Assembly (NCBI RefSeq): GCF_964204645.1
Contig: NC_134028.1
Location: 18,421,653 to 18,485,652 of the forward strand
DNA length: 64,000 nucleotides
Origin: Tubulanus polymorphus
Lineage: Eukaryota > Animalia > Nemertea
Direction: 5' to 3'
The position numbers and the translations under genes are program-made. Every line of letters starts with the position of its first letter. Position 1 is the first letter of the stretch. Under the pieces are notes generated by a model. That model did no database searches. It was given only the letters and a program-made list of their open reading frames with translations, and had not been told where the DNA came from. Below, one piece after another: positions 26,666 to 39,520 of this stretch.

Positions 26666-26826
26666 AACAGTTTCAATCTCAGCAGCTTCGGTTCGTGGCA
26701 TTCTATCCAATAAATCGTCGTAATGTTTCAATCCAATCTGTTGTTGTTTGGTCAAATTACCTTTCAACTTCAAATCGTCTAAAGTCCGTAAACCCATCTG
26801 AAACCATGACCGTGCCGTTTGGGGTC
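26666..26826 (-). CDS. POLL: DNA polymerase lambda exon (fingers)
   Basis: (G)PQTARSWFQMGLRTLDDLKLKGNLTKQQQIGLKHYDDLLDRMPRTEAAEIETV. ctatag acceptor, gtaagt donor, 161 nt, phase 1/0, joins the previous exon in frame. Confidence 0.95.
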
Positions 26827-29319
26827 CTATAGATTTGATAGAACGTATTTCTTTATAAAGATGTTTCAATAAAATAAATACAATAATAAACCCTGTGAAT
26901 ATTATAAAACTCAACGTATCGGCCCCACTCCGCACGGTGGCGCCACCCCGCGGGAATTACGCGAAGCAGCAGAACACAAACACGGCCACTCTCTCAATTT
27001 TCAATGATAGAAATCGTGTGTGCATTTCAATTATTTCGGCTGTTAGGGTTTTAAGGCACAATATAAGTTGATGATGTGATATGGCGATGTTAATTAATGA
27101 CAATTCCGCAGTGAAGCTAGTCACGAACGGTGCCGATTGAGTGTATAGCTGCCAAAAACACTGAAATGTGCGTAGTTGCGTAACTATTTGCAGTGAATTT
27201 CAGACGAAACATGAAGCCTTAACGGCCGTTAAAAAAAAATTATACCAATCGCAATTGTAAAATAAAAATGAGATAGAATCTAAGTTAAAATTCTGGCCAT
27301 TTCTAAAATGTTACTAATTATTATTACTAATTTTTAGTCAGTGCGGAACGTTTAGTTTTCCAACAATAATGAGGGGTGGTAGGTGGTAGGATGCAATTCA
27401 AGTCATCATTTATTACACGTTACTACCGTGTTGTTGAAAATCTCGCGAGTCCTGGATCAAACCCCATTGAACAATGTGATCTGTGTGCTGGCCACAAATG
27501 CACACAGATCACACTACAATACCCATTACACACTCCAGTACCCACAGCTTTCATATATCCATCCAAATATGTAGTGGCTTTCTTCCTGGATGAGGCGGTA
27601 TGGCTTCTGTGTCCAAATGCATAAGTAACTTCATTGGGGGCAAAATTCATTTGGAAAGAGGGAAATTAGCTAGTATAGCTTCTTTGAGCTGGCAGCTGTC
27701 AGGTGCTTTTTCAATTGCTTGCAGTATGGATCCGACACCATGAACGATTGACATATTTCGATATATTCACTGTCACCTGATGAGAGATTCCCATGAAAAT
27801 TAAAAAAGGTCAAAATATTCTTTTTCTATTTTTCACCAGCATCCCTGTCATGATTGAGCAGATGGTGAAGAAAACTTAAATTTTTACCGCCTACCCTCAC
27901 TTTCGTGCCCTTCTTTGGTCATGTTGTCTGATTGCCGACATGCATTGGTTTCTTTTGGTACTTAGTTGGCTTTTTTACAATTCTGCATTAAAATGTGTGT
28001 CGTTTAGTGATCTACCAAAAGGGCAGAAAGGAGCTAAACCAGAAACTACTGAACCTATCATAATCTTTTTCGATGCTTTTCTTTTCATCATCGTCAATTT
28101 CTATCGTATGAGGAATATGAGGAAAAAATCTTTTTAGAAATATTTTACAAAACCCTTCCATACTCAGGGTAAAAAAAAACGTGCTGCAAACAATCTACTA
28201 GGGATCCAGGAATACTTCCCCAGGGGCATGGTCTATACCCACTTGGAAAGTGGTGTGAAATGCTAAATAATTAAACAATTTCAATATTCAACACCCCCTG
28301 GTGAACATAATAAGAAACCAATAACCTTGAAACTCACAGCAATAGTAGAACCTGCACAAGCTACAAATTTGCAACTGTTCGCAGTTACAAAATATGCCTA
28401 GGTACCAATACATACTAAGGTATCTCGCTATTCAATGCCCCTTGTTGACCATATACAAATACCAATGACCTGATGAGAAATTCCCACGAAAATAAAAAAT
28501 GACAATCATAAAATTCGTCATGAGCTACAACTTTGCAATTGATTGATTAGAAAATATGCTTAGGCGCCAATACAAATAGACAAATTGTATATGATTTGAT
28601 ATTCAACTTTCCCCTGGCCACAAGAACAAAACAGGGTGATCCCAATTCCATGTGAGATGTATCCTACGAAAGGGCTAATAATAAAAAAATATCAAGTACA
28701 ATTTAAAATCTGTTGATTTTTTCCTCTAACACTAAGATTGCTGCCAATTGAGTGATAATTGACTGATTGCAAAATCATTTGATAGAAGACCATTTGGAAG
28801 CTACAGGTCTAAAGAGTCAAGGCCAAAATTTTACCTTGTGGAGCACAAAAAAGGTCAGAGGACAGCCATATTGAGTCCAAGTGACCCAATTATTCTTAGG
28901 CCGATAGGCCCTTAGGGCGGGATACAAATACATCTGAAATATCAAGATAATTGTAAGTGGCTTTTAAATTTCTATTGAAAACTTCAAAAATGTGTAAAAA
29001 GTCTTGATTTTGACGAACAACAGTGGCCGTAAGTCGGCAATCTTGATTCTGGTCATGAAAGTTTCTGGCCTACTAGTTATCTACACATGTAAAAAACCAA
29101 GTAACAAGAAGATCCATAGAACGTCAAAATAATGGTTGGGTGGCAAATGAATGCAATTATAGCCTGCTGGGATTCATCACAAATCCTGTTTTATTTTAGC
29201 CTGGGTTCCCGATTTATAGTTCGTCCGTGAAATTTACCCCAGCGATTATATAACAAGTAATCTGATAAGTACCACAAGTTAAATATCTCTGTTTTAGTCT
29301 ATTTTATCATATGTATTAA

Positions 29320-29735
29320 AGGCTGAATCCAAGAACATGTCCATCGCACTTTTGAGCTCAAACGTCTACTTGAGAACAATAAGCAATTAACAATATCTGC
29401 TACTTTTCCAAGAGTATACATTTCAAAACAGTCACGCTGAAATAGTCTACCTTTCAATTCAGTTGGTTTTCTATAGTAGCTGTTTGAAAGAGTCTACCAC
29501 TGAAAAGTGACCGTTTTGAAACATCTGTGTCTGAAAATGCACACTAGCAGTAGAGGTGACTGTAAAACCACCCGGTTGTAAACAGCGACTTTGTGGTAGT
29601 AACTCCTACTTTAACAGCTACTCACAAAACACATCGTTCCTAAAGGTCTAAAAACTATTGAAAAGTGACCAATTTGAGATCGCTTGCAAGATTCCCTGTT
29701 ATAAATAAACTGCAGCAACAGATGCTTCAGATTTG
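29320..29735 (+). mobile_element. Terminal fragment of Kolobok-like TIR family (same family as 46316-49378)
   Basis: TTAA|AGGCTGAATCCAAGAACATG start; collinear with 46316-46690. Confidence 0.65.
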
Positions 29736-29799
29736 CGGTGAAGCAATATATGAATAATTTATTCAATAATTTGTTTCAGTTTATATCATGTCCTTTCAT

Positions 29800-30780
29800 T
29801 GTCCTTTCATTTATCAAATATTTTATAACAAGGTGATACAAAGCTATCAAGGGAGTTCTTCAGGTGTCTCATGAATAAGATAAGTTGCACAAGAAAGACG
29901 CAACATCTGTCCAAATGCTTCGGAATTTCGTTGATATGCTAGAAAGAGTATGTATAAGTAATCTTGAAGAGATGGGTGATATTCCTGAACTTGAATAGCA
30001 TAAGGTCAGCTACACTTCATTAACGATGTTGTCATATCGCAGAATCACGGAATTCTGTGATTCCGCGATATGAAAACACCATATAAAACACCTCAGTTTG
30101 GTCTTAATACGACCAGTGAAAGAGTGCAGTCTACATAACATATCGTTTCGGATTCATAACCTGAAGAAAGGACAGTCTGGTATCTGCCAGATCATCCGCG
30201 CTGAAAAGGGGGATTGTTAGAGCTTGTTTAACATTCTTTGAATTAATAATAACTGTGTTGAATGGTATTGAAATGTCAACTCAATTCCAGACCAATAACT
30301 AGTTTTTCACGTAATTCAAAAGAACTTGAAAGTTGCCGATATTGTATTGATTGCTGAGGAAGACTGAATGGGAAATGGGACCTGTCGTTGGAGTCTATGC
30401 AGGTCGTGATGACTTGGTCATTTCCGTTGCAATTATAAGTGCAAATGGTCTACTGTTTGATAAAAAAACGATGAAACGAATAGACAAAAACTGTCTTTGT
30501 TGATTACACGATCAGCCGAAAGGTTGTACTATCGTGCTGGTCGACCCGTTGATACCGTGCGAATGTTGCAGAGACTATATAGAATGCTAGCCTTTCTATC
30601 GGAAGCGATCCCGTATCAAACGTCTCTTTGATAGTCCAGGTGAGAACTTAAATAAAACAGTCTATTATTTGAAAATGGAATTATTAAAATTTGGAATCCC
30701 TTAATTTTAGGGGATCCAACTTCCCGGTCAACGACTGTATTTTATTTGTGCGTGTTGTATGACACCAGTTTACCAGTAAC
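29800..30780 (+). mobile_element. Highly decayed BEL/Pao integrase C-terminus plus probable LTR
   Basis: KVADIVLIAEED...PVVGVYAGRDDLVISVAI near 30330-30440, followed by a TGTTG... segment with AATAAA. Confidence 0.55.
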
Positions 30781-30856
30781 TGCGATATAGTAAAACTATT
30801 AATGCCCTTTTTGACACGGCATATCTGTTTCAGAAATGTTAACAGCAACTCCTCTA

Positions 30857-31049
30857 AATAAATAGTGAACCCGTGTCATAGATATATGAAGCTGGTCACC
30901 TGGCGGTTGTTTCAGAAAACAGAATAAATAGTGAACCCGTGTCATAGTTATATGAAGCAGGTCACCTGGCGGTTGTTTTAGAAAACAGAATAAATAGTGA
31001 ACCCGTGTCATAGATATATGAAGCTGGTCACCTGGCGGTTGTTTTAGAA
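30857..31049. repeat. 66-bp minisatellite, about 2.9 copies
   Basis: Units start at 30857, 30923 and 30989 (aataaatagtgaacccgtgtcatag...). Confidence 0.92.
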
Positions 31050-33251
31050 GACGAAATAAACCCGTCTCTTACATTTCATCCGATATATGAAACCAACAAA
31101 AAAACTGGGATTGACATGCTCCTTTTATTCGAGACAGCTCGCTGGAAAAGTCACGAACCGATCACGGTACCTTTTTTACTTTGAATTTGAAAAAAAAAGA
31201 TTAACTGCTGGGTCCCCGATATTTTCGCAAAGAACATTAGCAGTATTTGCTCGGAAGATAGGAAGTAATCTTTAGATAATTGATTGACGATTAAACAAGG
31301 ATTCGCTGATTGCTTTCTCCATCAAGGCTGCAGCTAGACCACGCCACCGCATACTAAGTTTTCGGTAATCCACCTAATGTATCAATCTTGTTCTGCTGAT
31401 CACTAAGTAAAAGATGAATTTTTAATATAAACTTGCGGGCGTCATTTTTGGCATACTTTTTACAATGTTAAAGCTTAGTGGTAATTTTCATGAAAGGAGA
31501 AAAAATACTGCTGGGCAATTTTTGGGGTTTTTCAAATCATCAGAAACTAATTACATAGCCTCCTCTATCGCCAGCAGGTGTAAACCTTGACAACACCCGT
31601 TCATATTCCGTCGGCTGATCATCAATTGAAAGTGTTTATATTTCTGTAAATTAGTTCTAGGCAACTTCTCAGTTAGCATGCAATTAATAATTCGTTCAGT
31701 ATATATTAGATGTGTTTTCCGTTGCTATCATTCGTGGAAACTGTCATGATTGAAGAACGTATAATTTTATCCACATGTTACAATATATTAAGCGGTATAA
31801 AAGATCAGCTCTAACCTGATTCGTAGCCACTTCGGTACTAGCTTTACTGCAAAAATCACTTATCTAACTTGAAAATATCTACTTTATCCACGACATGTCT
31901 TGGGCACTAGAATATGACGATGCATGCAAAAAAACATTCCTCTTTGTATCTGGAAACCGCGCGTTAATGAAGAATGGGGATGAGATTCGGTGATACGTTT
32001 GAACAGCTTAAGGTAAGTGTGTTTAAATAATGTATTTGATATAATATTTTTCTTTCTAAATGTATTTGATACAATATGGTCTAATGTAATGTAACCTGCA
32101 TTCCATTCAGCAAGTGTAACTGAGGTCGTTGTTTACTTGACTATTGACCTCCTGAACATCGGTTGGAGTAAGGATGTTTTCACAATTTCAGAAAAAAATA
32201 TTACCTGGTCACGGATATGGCTCAAGTGACAAAATAACGCAATTAGTGGGAAGAGGGAAAATAAGTGAAACTTAAATATCGATGTAACCAAAGGCCAAGT
32301 GTAAAATTATCAAAGTGCCCCTTACACATTAGTATCAATGTTAATATCTAATGGATTCCCTACTCAGCATTTCAAGTTGACAGCCTACGCACCAGTTAAT
32401 GGATCGTTAGATTTTGTTGGAATACTTTCGTCCCGTATTGATTGGTCATTTTTCTCTTTTCTCTTTTTAAATGCGTGCATACATTCATTTCACTTGTCCT
32501 TTGATGGATTTTAACAACATTCTAACCGCATGAATCTCTCGTTCAAAATATTCCTGAGACCATGCCCCTTGACGATGATATATAAAAATAGTGATCATTT
32601 TCTACTATACTCTCCTAGAATAGGATACTTTTAAAAAGAATATCATTTTTGTGTAACTGTATCCCTTTCCAAATAGAATTTATCCTCCCAAGTTTTGATT
32701 CAATAACTAAATCGCAGCACGTCTATTGCCAAATGCGAGATGAGTCATTTTCGTTCTAATGCATGCATTTGAGTCTACGGGTTATGTTTCACTAAAATTG
32801 TCCTTACGGAAAATGATATTAGTTTACTCAATTAGTATACTCGAGCATTGTATTGCTTTACTATTAAAAGATATCCTATCATGAAACTAATGAAAGTCAC
32901 ATTCATTTGATGGACTTGATTTCAACAGTACCGTATTTTCCGGTGTATAAGTCGAGTTTTTGAGACCAAAAGTCATGTCCAAAAAATGTAGGTCGACTTA
33001 TACACCGCATACACTTTCAATATCGTTTAAACTGCTGATGTTTAAGAGTTCAAGGTTGCCATGATGAAATAGAACATTAATTTAGGTAAGGCTAAACTCA
33101 TATACCATTTAGAATTAAGAATGTTGGTAAAATAGTTTCTTGTAGTTTGGAAATGGTTCAAAATTAACAGATATTTAAAATCAAATGAGAAAGAAAAGCG
33201 CGCGCGTGTATAATTGTACGACATTTTATATAGCCGTGTTGCTGTGGCAGT

Positions 33252-33682
33252 GGAATGTAGGTAAAAATGTCCCAGGAAAAAATATCACCGGAAAAAATGT
33301 CCCGGAAAATATGTATATTACTAGGTAAGTAAATTTCACATCAAACCAGAGAACAAACTTGTTGATTAACCATAAAAAAGAATTCATTGAGTGACCATGA
33401 GAATTATAGGCCTAGAATTTTGGCGTTAATTAATTTTGCCTATTGAAACCTTGTAAACTCATTACATGATACTTCAAATTTAAGAAGATATTTCATTTAA
33501 AATACAAATAATTAATCAAATGTTAAAATTGTTATGAATATGTATTACCAAGTTTGTTCTCTGGTGTTATTATGATGTGAAATTAACTACATTATCAAGT
33601 TAGTAATGATAGACTGGGGACATTTTTTTCCCTGGGGCATTTTTCCGGGACATTTTTTCTGGGGACATTTTTACCGTATACC
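33252..33682. mobile_element. Non-autonomous TIR element (MITE) with subterminal short repeats
   Basis: Left ggtaaaaatgtccc..gg arrays mirror right ggggacattttt(a)cc arrays; a deeper inverted match ccagagaacaaacttg / caagtttgttctctgg is also present. No TSD seen. Confidence 0.75.
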
Positions 33683-35424
33683 CAAAGATAAAGGTAACCG
33701 GCCTGGTTTAATATGTACTGCCCTGAAATTTGAAAAACTTATATAGCAGCTTCTGATTTTGATATTGCCCCGAATCGTAGTTCATGCTCAAGTTTTAGTT
33801 GTTTTATGTCATCGTCTTACGGGATCAAAATTTTTCAAATCCGAAATTCCCATAATTAATCTGGCGTAACTGTCGTTCTTCCACTAGTGAATATTGTTTT
33901 CCTGTTCCACTCAATCGTTACACTAGCTATAGGCCCTCATCAGCCGGCCTCCCTCAGTGACACCAACGCCGGCATCGTTCTCTGTGTGATGTTTTGCTTG
34001 TGTACGTTTGACCGGTTGATCTACGTATGCATCAGAGGATGTTTTACTTAGAAAAATCGTTCTGTTTTTGTATTCATTATTCCGTAGGGCCTACAAGTTC
34101 ATGCAAAAAACCACGGTCAGTTGTGATTACCCTTACAGTTGTACATCATTGCTAAGAATCTCGTGTTGTATTAAATGGGTTTTTGTATCCAAATCCTGAT
34201 TGATATAAATATCTTAGCTGGGACATGATGGAAAACATCAGAATAAACTAGTTTCGACTTAAACAGAATCGCATTATCGAGGTTTTACAATACAAAAGGT
34301 CTAGGCTAAATCTTTCGGCAGAAAAAAGAAATTCATCGTCATAGAACATATGCCCCCAGACGTAATACATTAACCACTTAATACCTTACCACAGTATAAT
34401 CTACTAATGCGTCAAGGCCCATGGGCCTCTTGTTATTTTATGGAAGAAAATTACATCAAATCCAATTCAATTTTATTCTGCATTGAAATCAAAACAGCGA
34501 AGGGAAAATATTGATGTGAGGTATTCGTTCCTGCTGTCGTGTTAACACAAGCTTTTGCTGTGTAAATGATATGGAGCGGGAGTGTATTTTGACAGATATA
34601 ACCCACAGATTACATCATTTATGAATCGCAAATGTGCTGGCCTAGTGATAGTGCCCCTTCGGGATCTTGTCCCTCATATCTGCCGACAGGCAAAGACACC
34701 ATACAGCACTGCAATACTGTTAAGTGATTCACAACAATTTGAATGAATGGTGGTAGTCAGTTATACTGCTCAAATAGTTATCGCAGCTGAAACTGGATTG
34801 AAAAGAGGTCCAAAGTTACCCACATCATGATGTGACCAGTTAAACATTTTTTCTGTAGTTAGATGTACACATGAATATGCATAATTCAGAAAAGTGACTT
34901 TTTTCAATGATCTCATTTCAGGTCATTAAACAAGGTTATGGAGAACTAGTGGTAGCTAGAAGACCCACCACTGGTCACAACACGGCAGAAGATTTCCTTC
35001 TTTGCGAACACGGTTATGGCTTTTTCATAAATACTAGTCTGTGGCACCACACGAAGTCTTGTCCTGCCAGACCAACAAACGATAATTTAGGAGACTCAAA
35101 TAGGATTGAAAAGAGGTCCAAAGTTACCCACATCATGATGTGACCAGTTATCAAACATTTTTACATATATGTTTATATAACATATCTTAAACCATGGTGT
35201 GTTTACTGTGACTCTCCCATGAACCCGACTGTGTTGCCAGCCCGGTCTCTGACGGCCCTGCGGGCCCAATTTTCTGATAATCAAGAAAAAAGCATTTTTT
35301 TTAACAGGAATAAATAACCTCTCTACGCGTATATTGTTAACCTGTCTTAACCCCAGTGTTTACTCCGTAAATAGAATTGGTCCCATTTTTCAATAACGTT
35401 ATTCCCTTTAAATTTCTATCTCTA

Positions 35425-35901
35425 ATTTCCGTCGAGTAGCCGTGTTAACCTGGTTTAAAATAAGTAACGAGACGAGTAGTACTTTATAGGTTAACTATTT
35501 ATTTGAGGCACAAGCTTTCGCTACTAATGTATAGAAGCTTCATCAGGTGAATGAGTATAGTCAATAGAAAAACAACAGTATTTATAGTATCCAATCTTGG
35601 ACTCAATCGCGATCTAGGATTCATGTCCCACTACAGAACGTAACTTCGTTTGTTATTCATTGTATCTGTACTTATTTCAGACTTCCATTTCTTGTTATCC
35701 GTTTTACTTTGATATAGTTTCATTTTGATTTATTTCTCTTTGATTTGTTTTAGTTTGTTGCTCTGTAATTAATTAATTATCTACTCACTCACTTAATTAT
35801 TAATTATCATATCACTCATCATTTATTTGTAATAACTCTTCTCACTCAGTTCTCTATAAATAAATAGTTAACCTATATAGTACTACTCGTCTCGTTACTT
35901 A
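35425..35901 (-). mobile_element. Penelope-like pseudo-LTR remnant with inverted partial copy
   Basis: gagtagccgtgttaa...tttatttgaggcacaagctttcg...cttcatcaggtg layout as in PLE pLTRs; 44-bp inverted repeat 35461-35504 / 35858-35901 with one mismatch. Confidence 0.7.
35508..35550 (-). ncRNA. Minimal type I hammerhead ribozyme motif
   Basis: Minus strand CAC-CTGATGA-AGCTTCTATACATTAGTAGC-GAAA-GCTT-GTG: core CUGAUGA/GAAA, stem II GCTTCTA/TAGTAGC, palindromic AAGCTT. Confidence 0.65.
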
Positions 35902-38900
35902 TGTCTAATTTGTATTCTATAATCCGTATTTAAAAAGTTGTTCAACCTATTCTGTAGCCAACGTACCAATTGCTATGTTAAAACGTTGTGTAATCTGTAT
36001 CAGCTGTTGGGAACAAATTACTAGTGAAAAATATATAAAAATATTGAGACATCGTTATATATTGTTAAATTTTTTAGCCTGCTCAAGAAGTTTATTGAGT
36101 ACGCAACATGGGAAAAGCGAGTGATCAGCAATTTCCTCATTAGGAAGAGCACGGTCACAGCTGTGCGACGAGACTACCCGTACATGCGTGATAATTTAGC
36201 ACAGTTGATGTCACACTCGTCAATTGTTCAAGACAAATTCTATGTGCTCACGTCTGGTCACATAGAAACGGCTAAGACGGCAAAGAAAGTTTTTTCTGTA
36301 ATGAAGGTAAGTAGAACAGTCTAAAATTATCCGATGTCAAATGTGAAAATGCTGCATTATGACTTTCCCACTTCATAGTTGATAGTTTCAAGATATTTTT
36401 CAATTTTATAACTGTTATCTAATAAGTTATCTAACAGTTTTCTTCATCAAAAAACCGCTTGCATATCGGGTTATCGATTCATGAGTGACAAACCATAATT
36501 CAATAATCAGACTTATTTAAAAAAAAACAGATTTTCTTCATGTCCACTATAAACATAAGTCCAAAAATGATTTAGGTAAAATGGAAATAATGAATTCTAG
36601 CGTTTACTCCTGGTACACTTATCAATAGAATTTGACGACAGCATATCTCTTTTCAGTCAACTGTAGAAGATGCAAACAAACAACAGGTTAGAGAAAGTGA
36701 GGTGAGGAAAATTTAACTTCACAATATTCAGTTATGGTCTCATGCACGATACTTGGACATTTCATATTATTTTCCTGAATAATTTAGGCCCTTCAAAGTT
36801 GATACCTTGTTTCTAATTCAAATCTCTTTTCTAGACATGAGGAGGGTGGGCGAATTTTTTAGTTATGAGCCTTTTTAGAATGAGAAAGTGAAAATGAACT
36901 TAACAGATAAAAACCCACAGTTAGATCTGTAAAAATCCTTTATTAGGTTCATTCTCTGATAGTCATCTCAAACATAGTTCTCAACTTTTAGACTGAAATG
37001 AATAGTGTTTGATAATTAGCATATCTTAATATTTCAGCCAGGTGTAGTACTGGAAGAAGATCCAGCAAATGGTGTTGAACATGAGGTGTGTACAAAGAAA
37101 TGTTTTGAATAAGAGTTTATCAGCAAGTTGTTGATATACCTGTGTCGAGAGGCATGAAAACAGCAAAATCGTTTGCACAGAAATATGTTGGTATCTAGGC
37201 ATTTCTTTTACCAGAATCAATTGCAAAATTGTAGCTCATAATTTTATGATAGTGTTCAGTTTCAAGGTCAATGGTTTCAGTATATGGTGTCCAAGGAACT
37301 GACTATTGAAATTATTAGATTGTTGAGCATATTGAAACCACTTAGCTAGTGGGCATGGTGTTCCTGGACCCCCTAGTTAAAACTATAGTATATCAGTATG
37401 TTTTATCATTGCAGTCTGATGGTGCTTCTGTTATTCCGCCATCAGTAAGCTTACCAGATACTCCAGATAAACAAACAGATCTGGTAAGACATTGAAATCC
37501 TTTTTACAACCCATAAAGGTCTGACTTGAGAAACGGCTAAGACGGCAAAGAAAGTTTTTTCTGTAATGAAGAAACTTTAGTCAACTTTAGTCACTTATAG
37601 TTCTTCAACTGTTGTGTATAATGTATTTTAAAGCGCCTGTTCATTAGTATGTTTCATCATTGCAGTCTGGCGACGGTTCCGTTGTATTACCATCTGCGCG
37701 TCTGCTGGCTATTGCAGCCTCTGATAAACGGAAAAATCGGGTAAGATACTAGATTATATTTATTCATTGTTAAAAGTATTTTACATCATATGAAAGCCTT
37801 GACGATTTAGTACAAAATAACACAAACTTGTGATGCATGGATATAAACAGCTATTCGGTATCATGATGAACTTAGATTTTACCTCGTATTTTCTGAGGAG
37901 TAATTCACACTACATAGTGCAATTCCTGAGTGCTAATGGGTTAAAGAGCAAATGCTATCTAGTCAGTAGTCATAGGCCTAATGGACGCATATTCCACAAA
38001 TTAAATGGTTTAGGCAGTTACTGAATTAGAAACTTAGTTAAGTTAGTGTAAAGGATTATATTTGCTTACAAAGTCACTGAATTAAGATTTAACAGAGATA
38101 AACATTAAATGGTTTTGGGAGTCACTGAATTAGAAACCGAGTTTAGTTAGCGTAAAGGATTATATTTGCTTACAAAGTCACTAAAATAACAGTTTACAGA
38201 GATAGACATTACAGATTTAGGATCTTGTTGGTAAGCCTACCGTTTACATGTTTGATGTTTCGTGTCATCATGAAATGGTTTTAACTTGAGTTAGGCATGC
38301 GTTTCTGCTGATTGCTTTTGGAAGAATAACTATGATAGATTACCACAATGATATTGATATACCGGGATATATAAATTTGCGACCAAATAACTTTTTTTGA
38401 AAGATTTTTTGCTAAGATAGAGCCATGTGAAAATTGTTACCATTCTTGAATAGCAAAACAACTCACGAGTTGCAAGAATTACATGTAGTGTTTGATCAAT
38501 ATGAATAGTAACTTGTAAATATTTCCTTAAAATTAAGAGAATGAATTAAACTTCATGTATATAATTGACCGCAATATGAGTACTTAATTAAAGAGACCCT
38601 GTCACCATTACACATTTAAAAGTTTGAATATCTACTTTTTTGATTCAGGATCTGGCATCTTCGCAGGGCTTGTCAACTGTTAAATGAACATTTTCTCCCA
38701 GGGAGACCGAGATAATATGGGATGCATTTCAGGACTTTGAACAAAAGCCCAACATGAAGGAAGTCCGGGCCGTTTGTAAAAATGTAAAAGCTGTTGGGGC
38801 CATTGCGGTGAAGTATAGCATTCGATCGTCTCGAGAAGGATACGAAAAAATGCGCCAGCATGTGCATTATCGTATGAACAGGCACTAGAGTATTGTTTTT

Positions 38901-38909
38901 CATCCTTTC

Positions 38910-39520
38910 AAATTTTCAGTGTTCCAATCTGTTTTGAATTCACTTTTAGTTGACAGTGTGGAGGTGTCACACACTGTCAACTAAGTGACAATCTCATCGT
39001 CTGTTCATTATTAGAAATGATGTGTTCGATGGATTAATCATCGTAATATTTTCAGTGTTCCAATCTGTGGAGGTGGAAGGGAAATGGGCAACTGTATAAC
39101 TACTGTTGTACAGTTATTTCAGGGATTTTGAACCCTCCCGCCCGCCACACTGTCAACTAAAAATGCATTTTCAACAGATTGGATCGCAATTTTGAAAGGA
39201 TAAAAACCTGTGTATATCATTGTAATACTTTCACTGTTCCAATCTGTTGTTAACTCATTTTTAGTTGACATTGTGGAGGTGGAAGGCAATTGGATAACTG
39301 TATAACTACTGTTGAGGGTCTCTTGCAAGCAACTAATCTTATCGTCTGTTCATTATTAGAAATGATGTGTTCGATGGGTTTATCATCAAATAATTTTCAA
39401 ATCTGATGTTAACTCATTTTTAGTTGACAGAGTAGATGTGAAAGGGAATTGGGGAACTGTATAACTACTGTCGTGAAGTATGTCAAGGATTTTCAACCCT
39501 CCCTCCCGCCACACTGTCAG
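38910..39520. repeat. Degenerate tandem array downstream of the recombinase terminal exon
   Basis: Recurrent ttccaatctg, ttttagttgaca, gtggaggtggaagg..actgtataactactgt and ccgccacactgtca blocks. Confidence 0.7.

Larger units (their letters stand above)
34922..38888 (+). pseudogene. Multi-exon Crypton-like tyrosine recombinase gene remnant, antisense in the POLL intron
   Basis: Exon from 34922 VIKQGYGELVVARRP...DFLLCEHGYGFF..SLWHHTKSC; exon 36078-36306 IRKSTVT...LAQLMSHS..VQDKFY (YR C-terminal R..H..Y); phase-0 mini-exons; terminal exon 38649-38888 K*TFSPRETEIIWDAF (Myb/SANT-like, one stop). Confidence 0.65.

Noticed and set aside
28469-28495. CTGATGA...CGAAA hammerhead-like motif (also near 27777 and 17829)
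   Set aside because: No credible stem II or palindromic stem III.
30857-31049. Possible CRISPR-like array or repeat protein (ORF 30799-31011)
   Set aside because: Head-to-tail 66-bp units with no unique spacers, in a eukaryotic intron; the ORF is a by-product of the repeat.
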